DNA of 47,341 nucleotides from a bacterium. Lineage in GTDB: Bacteria > Patescibacteriota > Minisyncoccia > UBA6257 > GWB1-50-10. The stretch spans positions 1 to 47,341 of the forward strand of contig JAKANQ010000004.1 of the NCBI GenBank assembly GCA_021812365.1, read 5' to 3'. Of the stretch, positions 8,875-17,867 are shown piece after piece. The notes beneath the pieces are model-generated. The model did not search any database and was not told the DNA's origin. It saw only the letters and a list, made by a program, of their open reading frames with translations. Position 1 is the first letter of the stretch. Each line of letters begins with the position of its first letter. The position numbers and the translations under genes were made by a program.

Positions 8875-9660
8875 ATGAACAATAAAAAATTCGGACTTTC
8901 GGTGAGTGCGGTCATTATCTTCATCGGGCTCATGCTCGCGATAAAATTCGGCGGTGCCGGACTTTTGACCAAACTTCAAGGAACGAGTTCGGGCCCCGCG
9001 CTCATTCCGCTCATCACCGTTGCGGCGCTTTTGGACAGTCTTAATCCGTGCGCATTCTCCGTACTGCTTCTTACCATCGCCTTCCTTTTCAATATGGGGG
9101 AATCGCGCAAGAAGATATTGGCCGTAGGGGGTACTTATATATCGGGAATATTCGCGGTGTATGTCCTGATAGGACTCGGCATTTTGAGGACGCTTACATT
9201 TTTCAACATTCCCGGATTCATGCGGAAGGTTGCCGCGTTCATCATAATCATATTCGGTCTTTTGGATCTCATTAATTCATACTTTCCGTCATTTCCCATC
9301 AAACTTAAGATTCCCGCGTTCGCGCGCAAGCCGATTGCGGTCCTCATGAAGAAGGGTTCTTTAATTGCCTCCTTTATGCTCGGCGTATTTGTCGGACTCG
9401 TTCAATTTCCGTGCGTCGGCGGTCCGTATCTTTTGATACTAGGACTCTTGCACGATTCCCATTCGTATATGGACGGATTCGGATTATTGCTTTTCTATAA
9501 TCTCTTATTCCTCGTGCCTCTCATCGTGGTGCTCTTTATTGCCTCTAATCCCGTACTGCTTGAGAAAGTACAAACGCTCAAGAGCTCAAATTCGGGACGA
9601 ATGCGCTTTTTGACCGGTGTTGCAATGGTACTTTTGGGACTTCTTATATTCGTATTGTAG
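8875..9660 (+). CDS. CcdA/DsbD-like transmembrane thiol-redox protein
   Basis: Multiple TM helices with 'DSLNPCAFSVL' and 'QFPCVGGPY'. Confidence 0.8.
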   Translation: MNNKKFGLSVSAVIIFIGLMLAIKFGGAGLLTKLQGTSSGPALIPLITVAALLDSLNPCAFSVLLLTIAFLFNMGESRKKILAVGGTYISGIFAVYVLIGLGILRTLTFFNIPGFMRKVAAFIIIIFGLLDLINSYFPSFPIKLKIPAFARKPIAVLMKKGSLIASFMLGVFVGLVQFPCVGGPYLLILGLLHDSHSYMDGFGLLLFYNLLFLVPLIVVLFIASNPVLLEKVQTLKSSNSGRMRFLTGVAMVLLGLLIFVL

Positions 9661-9702
9661 TGTTGATTGCTCCTCGCGTATCTCGGGTGTAAAATATCCT
9701 TT

Positions 9703-10227
9703 ATGGACGAACACAAAATGGAACAGCTCATTGCGAAGGTAAACGAGCTGAAAAAAAGCGGTACTGTTGACTTGTCAGTGGAAGAAGACCTTTCCATTGC
9801 CATAATGAATTTAGTGAGTTTAGAGGAGCATTTTTTCTTTACGGGCGAAAAGACGAAGAAAGATGAATATTTCGACCTTCTCGCGGAGACTCGCGAGATA
9901 CGAAAGTCGCTTTTGAAGAGAATGATTGATTCTCACGAAGGGGAGACGTGGTGCATCTCGAAGCATCTCCTCGCGGCCTCAATGAGGCTTATGGAGGTTG
10001 GCACGAAGTTCAATGGCGATGGGAAGAAAGAAGAAGCGAAAGATATGTTCGATAAGGCATACCACATCTATTCGATGTTCTGGGCGCTTCGTTTGAAACT
10101 TATCGACCTTAGCAACGTGAAGAAGATTGATGACAATACGCTAAACGTGCGTGACAGCGAGGGGATGAAAAAACCTTGGGCGGTCGAGGATATCGTTGAA
10201 AAATTGGTAAATTGTTGCGATGAATAG
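9703..10227 (+). CDS. Helical hypothetical protein ending in CCDE
   Basis: ORF with -10 box TAAAAT 7 nt before ATG 9703; overlaps next gene by 8 nt. Confidence 0.7.
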   Translation: MDEHKMEQLIAKVNELKKSGTVDLSVEEDLSIAIMNLVSLEEHFFFTGEKTKKDEYFDLLAETREIRKSLLKRMIDSHEGETWCISKHLLAASMRLMEVGTKFNGDGKKEEAKDMFDKAYHIYSMFWALRLKLIDLSNVKKIDDNTLNVRDSEGMKKPWAVEDIVEKLVNCCDE

Positions 10228-10618
10228 AGTAATAAAATATTTTGCATCCATTGTCGGCGTTCTTCTTGTGGGAATCCTTTTGGTTTGGGGATTGTGGAGC
10301 GTGACATGGCAGGAAAAGAAGCCGACTATCAACATTCCCGCGTTCGCGCAGTGTTTGGCGGATAAGAAGGTGACGATGTACGGCGCGTACTGGTGCCAGC
10401 ACTGCCAGAATCAGAAGGCGTTGTTCGGAGATGCCTTCAAGCTCGTGCCGTATGTGGAGTGCACTGAAAATACCAAGTTGTGCACCGAGAAGAGCATAGA
10501 AGGTTTTCCCACGTGGCTCGTGCCTGACGGGAGGGGGGGTATGACAAAATTGGAAGGTGAGCAGACATTCGATGAACTCGCAAGGGCGAGCGGGTGTACG
10601 CTTATTCCCGCAAAGTAA
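10220..10618 (+). CDS. Membrane-anchored thioredoxin/glutaredoxin-like protein
   Basis: 'MYGAYWCQHCQNQK.LFG...YVEC...C....IEGFPTW'. Confidence 0.85.
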   Translation: MNRVIKYFASIVGVLLVGILLVWGLWSVTWQEKKPTINIPAFAQCLADKKVTMYGAYWCQHCQNQKALFGDAFKLVPYVECTENTKLCTEKSIEGFPTWLVPDGRGGMTKLEGEQTFDELARASGCTLIPAK

Positions 10619-10621
10619 TGG

Positions 10622-10653
10622 AAAGAATCGCTCCGAGAACGGAGCGATTCTTT
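10622..10653. terminator. Intrinsic terminator hairpin
   Basis: AAAGAATCGCTCCG-AGAA-CGGAGCGATTCTTT. Confidence 0.8.
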
Positions 10654-10680
10654 AATAACATGCTAGAATTAGCATAACGT

Positions 10681-11958
10681 ATGAAAATAAAGAATTTTCA
10701 CGACCTTGCTCAAAGCAAAGAAAGAGAGGTCGCGCTTATGATCGCGGAGACCGCGCTCCAGGCCATAGATACTAAGAGCGTGATGGAGAAAAATCTCGTA
10801 TTTAAGAATGAGGCTCTTTTTGTCGGCGGGAAATACGTGCCATTACAGAACATTGACCGCATATTCGTGGTAGGTGTGGGAAAGTGTTCCGTGGACGCGG
10901 CTTCCGTGGTGGAAAATGTGCTGGGTACCCGCATTACCGATGGCGTGGTGCTCTGCATAGGCGAGAAAAAACTCATCAAAATGAAGACATATTGCGGTAC
11001 GCATCCTTTTCCATCCCTTATCAATGTAGAAGCGACGGGGGAGATAATAAAGATGCTTTCGGGCATGACCGAGCGCGACCTTGTGCTCTTTCTTATTTCG
11101 GGCGGTGGCTCGACCTTGTTATGCCAGCCTCAGGAGATGACGTGCGAGAACGAGAAGGATATATTGCAAATTCTTTTTGAGAAGGGTGCCACTATTGAAG
11201 AGATAAATATCTTGCGCAAGCACATTTCTCTCGCGCGCGGTGGATTTCTCGCAAAGCACGCATTTCCCGCGAAAGTCATCTCGCTCATATTTTCCGATGT
11301 TCCCGGAAATGATTTGGAGTTCATCGCTTCGGGCCCTACGGTAAAAGACAATACTACCATTTCCGACGCAAAGAGAATCTTGGAAAAATATGGTATCGCG
11401 GATAAGGTGGTTGAATCCTCATTGATAGAAACGCCGAAGGAAGACAAGTATTTCAAGAATGTGTGGAATTTGATAGTGGTGTCGAATGAAATCGCGCTTC
11501 ATTCGATGGAAGAGAAGGCGCGAGAGTTGGGATTTACGCCCATCATCAAAACAGCCATGCTCACGGGTGAGGCGCGTGAAGTCGCAAAATCCGTACTCAA
11601 CGAATTGGAACTTGCGCCGCCCCATACCGTACTTCTTTACGGGGGTGAGACAACGGTAACGGTAGAGAAGGAGGGAAAGGGAGGCCGCGGATTGGAATTC
11701 GTGTTGAGCGCGTGTCGGACCATCCGCGCGGGAGAATTGGTGATGTCGGTTGCGTCCGATGGCAGAGATAACACGGAATTTGCCGGCGCACTTTGTGATA
11801 TAATGACTAAGGAAAAAGCGCGAACATTCGGATTGGACATCGAGCAGTACCTAGAGGACAATCTTTCATTCAAATTTTTTGATAATGTAGGAGATTATCT
11901 TATGACGGGACTCACAGGATCAAATGTTTCCGACCTTATTATTTGCATAAAACTTTAA
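10681..11958 (+). CDS. Glycerate 2-kinase (MOFRL/TtuD family)
   Basis: 'VVGVGK', 'HPFP', 'LISGGGSTL', 'SDVPG...IASGPT', 'GGETTV', 'TG.TGSNVSD'. Confidence 0.9.
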   Translation: MKIKNFHDLAQSKEREVALMIAETALQAIDTKSVMEKNLVFKNEALFVGGKYVPLQNIDRIFVVGVGKCSVDAASVVENVLGTRITDGVVLCIGEKKLIKMKTYCGTHPFPSLINVEATGEIIKMLSGMTERDLVLFLISGGGSTLLCQPQEMTCENEKDILQILFEKGATIEEINILRKHISLARGGFLAKHAFPAKVISLIFSDVPGNDLEFIASGPTVKDNTTISDAKRILEKYGIADKVVESSLIETPKEDKYFKNVWNLIVVSNEIALHSMEEKARELGFTPIIKTAMLTGEAREVAKSVLNELELAPPHTVLLYGGETTVTVEKEGKGGRGLEFVLSACRTIRAGELVMSVASDGRDNTEFAGALCDIMTKEKARTFGLDIEQYLEDNLSFKFFDNVGDYLMTGLTGSNVSDLIICIKL

Positions 11959-11965
11959 TTTAAAA

Positions 11966-14422
11966 ATGGCCAAAGGAAAAAATACTCAATTCATCAGGTG
12001 GTTCAGCGAAACAAGAATCGAAGATGTTCCTCTCGTGGGGGGTAAGAACGCGGCGCTTGGGGAGATGTATTCTATGCTGGTCCCGCTTGGCGTGAACGTG
12101 CCCGATGGATTCGCGCTTACGGCGGATGCATATCGCTATTTTTTTGAGCAGACGGGTCTTGATAAGGAGATTCGTGAGATACTTTCCGATCTTGATACGC
12201 ACGATATGCATAATTTGCAGGTGCGAGGCGCGAAAGTCCGCGCTGCTGTGGTAAGAGCGGAACTTCCCAAAGACCTGAAAGAGCTTATCGCAAAAGCGTA
12301 TGCGGAATTGGAGAAGAAGTATGGCAAGAATATCGATGTGGCGGTACGTTCATCGGCAACCGCGGAAGACTTGCCGGGAGCTTCATTTGCAGGGCAGCAG
12401 GAAACATATCTCAATGTGCGCGGCGTGGGAGATGTCATCCATTTTACGAGAAAGTGCATTGCTTCTCTCTTCACCAATCGTGCCATTTCCTACCGCGCGG
12501 ATAAAGGATTCTCTCATTTTGATACCGCGCTTTCCGTGGGAATCCAGCGCATGGTCCGCTCCGATCTTGCGGCATCGGGCGTTGCGTTCACCATTGATAC
12601 GGAGACGGGTTTCGATAAGGTGGTGGTCATCAACGGTATTTACGGACTTGGAGAATTTATCGTGCAGGGAAAGGTGATTCCTGACGAATTCGTCATATTC
12701 AAACCAACATTGGAGAAAGGATTTAATCCTATCATTTCGAAAGAACTTGGGAGAAAGAATATAAAGCTCGTGTATTCTTTGTTCGGCACCAAACAAAAGA
12801 GCGTTTCCGCGCGCGATGAAGAAAAATTCTGTTTGACCGATGCGGAGGCGGAAAAGCTCGCAAAGTGGTGTGTTCAGGTTGAAAATCATTTTTCACAAAA
12901 AGCGGGCCATTATCGGCCAATGGATATTGAGTGGGCAAAGGATGGGAAGACCGGCGAACTTTTTATCGTGCAAGCGCGACCCGAAACGATTCATGCGGGC
13001 GAGGATAAGAATGTATCGAGAGAGTATCGCCTTGGCAAGCGGAGCAATGTATTACTGCATGGAATCGCAGTGGGCGCAAAAGTGGGAGCCGGAAAAGTTC
13101 GCATCTTGCACGATGCGAAACATATTGGCTCGTTCAAGAAGGGCGAGGTGCTTGTCACGGAGATAACCGATCCCGATTGGGAGCCTATCATGAAGATAGC
13201 GTCCGCAATCGTTACCGATAAAGGGGGGCGTACGTCGCATGCGGCAATCGTCTCGCGCGAACTCGGTATTCCCTGCATCGTCGGTTCGAAGAACGCAACG
13301 CGTCTTTTGAAGAACGGCGAGGAGGTTACCGTCGATTGTTCATCGGGCGAGGTGGGTAATGTGTATTCGGGCATTTTGCCGTTTGAGGTTGTGGAGCATC
13401 GCTTGGACGAACTTCCAAAGACGAAAACGAAGATAATGGTGAACATCGGCTCTCCCGATGAGGCATTCAAGAATCATTATCTGCCCGTGAAAGGAGTCGG
13501 ATTGGGAAGATTGGAATTCATCATCGCGTCGCATATCCGCATTCATCCGAACGCGCTCATAGATTACAAAAAATTGAAGCATGGCAAGCAGACCCCCGCC
13601 ATACGGAAGATAATCCGCGAAATCGACGCGCTCACGGAAGGGTATGAAAATAAGGAGCATTATTATGTGGACCAATTGGCGCGCGGTATCGCAAAGGTGG
13701 GAGCCGCGTTCTATCCGAATGAGGTCATCATCCGCTTCTCCGATTTCAAGACGAATGAGTACAGTAAGCTCATTGGCGGTGAGCTCTATGAACCGCAGGA
13801 AGAAAACCCGATGCTTGGATGGCGCGGTGCTTCGCGATATTATGACCCCAAATTCAAGAAAGCATTCGGACTCGAGGTAGTGGCACTAAAGCGAGTAAGA
13901 GAAGATATGGGCCTTACGAATGTGGTTCCCATGGTTCCATTCTGTCGAACGCCTGAGGAGGGGCGGAAGGTGCTCGATGCGATGGCGGAACACGGACTTA
14001 GCCGAGCTGACGATAAGAAGCTTAAAACGTATGTGATGTGCGAGATTCCTTCCAATATTCTCCTCGCGGATGAATTTTTGGAGATATTTGATGGAATGTC
14101 CATCGGCTCAAACGATCTGACTCAGCTCACGCTTGGACTCGATAGAGATTCGGGAATTGTCACGCATATTGCGAATGAGAATAATCCCGCGGTCAAAAAA
14201 CTCGTGTCGGAAATCATCCATAAGTGCAAGGAGAAGAAAAAATATATCGGTATTTGCGGACAAGCTCCTTCGGATTATCCCGACTTCGCGCGCTTCCTCG
14301 TGAAAGAGGGTATTGAGAGTATGTCATTGAATCCGGACACGGTGATAAAGATAATCACGGAGCTCGGCAAGAAAGAGCGGAAGCCGCGCGCATCTCGTGC
14401 CGCGAAGAAAGAGAATGAGTAG
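11966..14422 (+). CDS. ppsA: Phosphoenolpyruvate synthase
   Basis: 'VGGKNAALGEM', 'AVRSSATAEDLPGASFAGQQET', 'GGRTSHAAIVSRELG', 'EENPMLGWRG', 'SIGSNDLTQL'. Confidence 0.97.
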   Translation: MAKGKNTQFIRWFSETRIEDVPLVGGKNAALGEMYSMLVPLGVNVPDGFALTADAYRYFFEQTGLDKEIREILSDLDTHDMHNLQVRGAKVRAAVVRAELPKDLKELIAKAYAELEKKYGKNIDVAVRSSATAEDLPGASFAGQQETYLNVRGVGDVIHFTRKCIASLFTNRAISYRADKGFSHFDTALSVGIQRMVRSDLAASGVAFTIDTETGFDKVVVINGIYGLGEFIVQGKVIPDEFVIFKPTLEKGFNPIISKELGRKNIKLVYSLFGTKQKSVSARDEEKFCLTDAEAEKLAKWCVQVENHFSQKAGHYRPMDIEWAKDGKTGELFIVQARPETIHAGEDKNVSREYRLGKRSNVLLHGIAVGAKVGAGKVRILHDAKHIGSFKKGEVLVTEITDPDWEPIMKIASAIVTDKGGRTSHAAIVSRELGIPCIVGSKNATRLLKNGEEVTVDCSSGEVGNVYSGILPFEVVEHRLDELPKTKTKIMVNIGSPDEAFKNHYLPVKGVGLGRLEFIIASHIRIHPNALIDYKKLKHGKQTPAIRKIIREIDALTEGYENKEHYYVDQLARGIAKVGAAFYPNEVIIRFSDFKTNEYSKLIGGELYEPQEENPMLGWRGASRYYDPKFKKAFGLEVVALKRVREDMGLTNVVPMVPFCRTPEEGRKVLDAMAEHGLSRADDKKLKTYVMCEIPSNILLADEFLEIFDGMSIGSNDLTQLTLGLDRDSGIVTHIANENNPAVKKLVSEIIHKCKEKKKYIGICGQAPSDYPDFARFLVKEGIESMSLNPDTVIKIITELGKKERKPRASRAAKKENE

Positions 14423-14425
14423 GTA

Positions 14426-14447
14426 AAAGCGCCCTTCGGGGCGCTTT
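14426..14447. terminator. Terminator hairpin after ppsA
   Basis: AAAGCGCCC-TTCG-GGGCGCTTT. Confidence 0.75.
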
Positions 14448-14449
14448 CC

Positions 14450-14504
14450 TTGAATAATGCCGCGATTTGTGGTATTTTCCTGATTGGCTTTTTAACATAG
14501 GAGA
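14450..14504 (+). promoter_or_regulatory. Promoter, boxA-like motif and SD (module B)
   Basis: TTGAAT-17-TATTTT; GCTTTTTAACA 14487-14497; AGGAGA 14499-14504. Confidence 0.65.
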
Positions 14505-14508
14505 GTCT

Positions 14509-14859
14509 ATGAAATATCGAGAGGTGCGAATGTTTAGGTGTGTGGTGTGCGGTCGTGCTCACATCACAGAGAACAGAGAGGTCATAGCACCAGATTATGT
14601 ACCTGAAGAGAGTTTTAATTGCGACCTGAACAAGTATTCCGACGTGAAGATCGTCGGTGGCGTGCTTTTCAAGAAGAGGGCGGCTCTCGCGTGGGCGCGG
14701 AATGCTCAGCTCGCGTGGGGAAACACTCCTCATGCCGGCATCTGCACCGAGTGCTATTGGGGCGACGCCATTCAGCGCATGCTTCCGTACATCAAGGACG
14801 ATTTGGATGGACGGCCCGCAACGCTTTCCGGCAAGTCCTCAGAAATGATCGCTATTTAG
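14509..14859 (+). CDS. Orphan protein with two CxxC motifs (possible Zn-binding)
   Basis: SD before ATG 14509; CVVC ... CTEC; own terminator. Confidence 0.7.
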   Translation: MKYREVRMFRCVVCGRAHITENREVIAPDYVPEESFNCDLNKYSDVKIVGGVLFKKRAALAWARNAQLAWGNTPHAGICTECYWGDAIQRMLPYIKDDLDGRPATLSGKSSEMIAI

Positions 14860-14867
14860 ATATATAT

Positions 14868-14892
14868 CCCCGCATCCGTGCGGGGTTTTTTG
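14868..14892 (+). terminator. Intrinsic terminator, CCCCGC family
   Basis: CCCCGCA-TCCG-TGCGGGG-T-tract. Confidence 0.85.
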
Positions 14893-14918
14893 TTGATTGT
14901 GTGGTAAAATGAGGTGGT

Positions 14919-15923
14919 ATGAAAATAGGATTTTTTGAGCTGGAGGGATGGGAGGAAAAGATCATACGGGAAAAGTTCAAGGAACATGAACTGCGTTTCA
15001 GTAACGAAAAAGTCTCGCCGGAAAGCCTTCCTACTCAGTTTGATTTCGATGTGATCTGCGTGTTCGTGAACTCCCATCTTACCGCGGATGTCATTGCAAG
15101 GTTTCCTAATTTGAAACTTATCGCCACGCGTTCAACGGGGTTCGACCATATTGATGTTCCCACATGCACCGCGAAGGGAATAAAGGTGGCGTATGTGCCG
15201 GGATATGGCGACAATACTGTCGCCGAATTCGCGTTTGGCCATATATTGAATCTCACGCGAAAGCTCTATCAGGCCATCGACCGAACGAAAAATTTCGAGG
15301 AGTTCTCATTCACGGGCCTTCGAGGGTTTGATTTGAAGGGAAAGACCATTGGTGTTATCGGCACGGGCCGCATTGGAAAAGAGACCATAAAGATAGCGAA
15401 AGGATTCGATATGAACGTAGTCGCATATGACCCGTTTCCGAACGCGGAGGCCGCAGCAACTCTTGGATTTACCTATATGTCCCTTGAGAATCTTTTGGGT
15501 CAGTCGGATATAATCACTATCCATACGCCGCTTAACGAAAGCACGAAGCATTTGATAAATAAAAATACCGTAAAGTTCATAAAACGCGGCGCGTATCTTA
15601 TAAATACCGCGCGCGGCGCGATTGTGGAAACAGACGCGCTTGTATTGGCGCTTATGGATGGCACGCTCGGCGGCGCGGGTCTTGATGTGCTTGAGGAAGA
15701 AGAGGATATAAAAGATGAGATGAGGCTTTTAGGCGAGTCGGAGATTCACGCGGAGCGCGTACGCATGATGCTCACGAATCACGCGCTTATGAAGATGTCG
15801 AATGTATTCATCACTCCGCATACCGCGTTCAATACGAAGGAGGCGATGGAGAGAATTTTAAATACTACCATTGAGAATATATCGGGCTTCATCGGCGGTA
15901 CGCTCAAGAATCTGGTTCCATGA
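14919..15923 (+). CDS. NAD-dependent D-2-hydroxyacid dehydrogenase (D-lactate dehydrogenase-like)
   Basis: 'RSTGFDHID', 'GVIGTGRIG', 'INTARG', 'LDVLEEE', 'TPHTAF'. Confidence 0.9.
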   Translation: MKIGFFELEGWEEKIIREKFKEHELRFSNEKVSPESLPTQFDFDVICVFVNSHLTADVIARFPNLKLIATRSTGFDHIDVPTCTAKGIKVAYVPGYGDNTVAEFAFGHILNLTRKLYQAIDRTKNFEEFSFTGLRGFDLKGKTIGVIGTGRIGKETIKIAKGFDMNVVAYDPFPNAEAAATLGFTYMSLENLLGQSDIITIHTPLNESTKHLINKNTVKFIKRGAYLINTARGAIVETDALVLALMDGTLGGAGLDVLEEEEDIKDEMRLLGESEIHAERVRMMLTNHALMKMSNVFITPHTAFNTKEAMERILNTTIENISGFIGGTLKNLVP

Positions 15924-16594
15924 CGCAAGAGATACGATATGTATGGGTGGGAATAGTGCCGAGAATATTTTTCTTGGCGCTCTTTCTTATTGCCGCGATA
16001 CGCTACGCGATGAGGAACCGCGAGCATCAGCCGCTCGTATTCAAGGCCATTACCTATAAACGGCTTATCTGGTCAGCCATCTTTTTCAAAATCGGATTTG
16101 CAGGAGTGCTCACTCTATTGCAGTACGTCCTTTGGAAGGGGGGCGGATTAGGAAAATTATTCCTGCACGAGGGATTGAGCTCCTCTCTTCCGATTCCGCT
16201 TATTCATCTGTTTCCTTGGATATTCAAGTCTTCTCTCGGCTATTTCATATTTTATTCGCTCCAGCGATTTTGGCTCAATACATTTCTTTCGCTTTTTGTC
16301 GCCTGGCTTTTCTATCACTTTCTCATACTTTTAAAGCGATACAAGGAACGCTTTTTCGAGGAAGGGGAGGTGGAACTCGGGTATCTTATGGCGCTTATTG
16401 TCGGGTGGCCGTTCTTCATCTTGTTCGTTCCTATGGGATTTTTGTTTGTGGTATTCGTATCGATATTCCGCCTCATTTTTTTCAAAGAAGCATACACTAC
16501 GCTCGGGTGGCCGTTCATTTTGGGCGCTTTTACGGCATTTTTGTTCGGTGGTATGCTCATGCCCCTTCTTAGGTTATCTGTTTTCTCCATATAG
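15920..16594 (+). CDS. Polytopic membrane protein, prepilin peptidase (A24)-like C-terminal half
   Basis: 'GEVELGYLMALIVGWP...LGWPFILGAF' resembles A24 'GDVKL...LGW...PFGPFL'. Confidence 0.5.
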   Translation: MTQEIRYVWVGIVPRIFFLALFLIAAIRYAMRNREHQPLVFKAITYKRLIWSAIFFKIGFAGVLTLLQYVLWKGGGLGKLFLHEGLSSSLPIPLIHLFPWIFKSSLGYFIFYSLQRFWLNTFLSLFVAWLFYHFLILLKRYKERFFEEGEVELGYLMALIVGWPFFILFVPMGFLFVVFVSIFRLIFFKEAYTTLGWPFILGAFTAFLFGGMLMPLLRLSVFSI

Positions 16595-16627
16595 GCATTG
16601 AGAAATGGTTCCGTGTATAATGAACGT

Positions 16628-17116
16628 ATGGAATCAATTCAAGAGAAAAAGAAGGTTTCCCCGAAAGATGTATTCATGCATCTTCTCGCAATCGTCACGC
16701 TCTATGTGAGCGCGGTCACATTGTTAGTATTGCTTTTCCAATTCATAGATATTGCGTTTCCCGACGTTCTTACGGGAGGATATTATGCGTTGCAGGGCGC
16801 TTATTCCACGATTCGATTCTCCATCGCCACGCTCCTCGTGGTCTTTCCTGTCTATCTTTTTACAATGCGCTTTTTGAATAGGAGCTATGAGGCTAATCCC
16901 ACGAAGCGCGACTTGAGGATACGGAAGTGGCTCATCTATTTCACGTTGTTTGTCGTGGCACTTGTCGTGATAGGTGATCTTGTGGCACTCATCAACAGTT
17001 TTTTGGGAGGCGAGATAACCACGCGTTTCTCATTGAAGGCTCTCTCGATTCTTTTTGTCACGGGTTCGATATTCTTCTACTATTTCGCGGACATCAAAAA
17101 GCACAACACCGAATAA
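16628..17116 (+). CDS. DUF5671-like membrane protein
   Basis: 'PKDVFMHLLAIVTLY...IRFSIATLLVVFPVY...IRKWLIYFTLFV...GEITTRF.LK'. Confidence 0.7.
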   Translation: MESIQEKKKVSPKDVFMHLLAIVTLYVSAVTLLVLLFQFIDIAFPDVLTGGYYALQGAYSTIRFSIATLLVVFPVYLFTMRFLNRSYEANPTKRDLRIRKWLIYFTLFVVALVVIGDLVALINSFLGGEITTRFSLKALSILFVTGSIFFYYFADIKKHNTE

Positions 17117-17117
17117 T

Positions 17118-17570
17118 ATGAGATATTTCGTATACGGGATAATCGGAGTGGTTGTAGCGGCCATCGTTGCCGGATTTGTGATAGTCGGCTCTCCGAACGA
17201 AGAGCGAATGAGGAGATTCGATGAGCAGCGTGCGAACGATCTCCAAGGGTTGCAGTATGAGATAGTGAACTATTGGCAGGCGAAGGATAAGCTTCCCGAA
17301 ACGCTCACTGCCATACAAGATGACATCCGTGGTATTCGCGTACCGACCGATCCCGAGACGGGGGCGGCATATGAGTATGCGATAAAAGGAAATCTGGAAT
17401 TTGAATTGTGCGCCACCTTCAAAAGAGTGAGCAATGAGACGAATCCTCAGGTGGTGAGGCCTATTGGATTGTACGGAGGCACGAATGAAAATTGGCAACA
17501 TGGCGCGGGGAGGACGTGTTTTACAAGGACCATTGATAAGGATCTCTATCCTCCTTTGAACAAACAATAA
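17118..17570 (+). CDS. Pilin-like membrane-anchored protein
   Basis: N-terminal TM; 'GSP...R..RFD.QR..DL...LP..L...PTDPETG..YEY...FELCATF' with C-terminal Cys pair. Confidence 0.6.
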   Translation: MRYFVYGIIGVVVAAIVAGFVIVGSPNEERMRRFDEQRANDLQGLQYEIVNYWQAKDKLPETLTAIQDDIRGIRVPTDPETGAAYEYAIKGNLEFELCATFKRVSNETNPQVVRPIGLYGGTNENWQHGAGRTCFTRTIDKDLYPPLNKQ

Positions 17571-17583
17571 TTTCGCGGGTTCA

Positions 17584-17805
17584 ATGAAGATACTTGTCAC
17601 CGCAAAACCCGGAGCTAAAACGGAAAAAGTTGAAAAATTAGGCGATAATCATTTCGCGGTGTTCGTGAAGGAAAGAGCGAAAGAGGGGGAGGCGAACAAA
17701 GCGATTGAGAAGGCGCTTGCAAACTATTTTGGCGTAAAGCCATATGAAGTTGAGATAGTATCAGGGCATATGGCGAAAAATAAGCTTGTGGAGATAGTCG
17801 AATAA
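17584..17805 (+). CDS. DUF167/YggU family protein
   Basis: 'V.AKPGAK...EGEANKAI...LA.YFGV...EIVSG...KNK'. Confidence 0.85.
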   Translation: MKILVTAKPGAKTEKVEKLGDNHFAVFVKERAKEGEANKAIEKALANYFGVKPYEVEIVSGHMAKNKLVEIVE

Positions 17806-17867
17806 TCGCGCGTAGTGAAAGCCTTGCGGAACGGAAGTGCTCACTCTATGATGAGGGCCAATACCAT

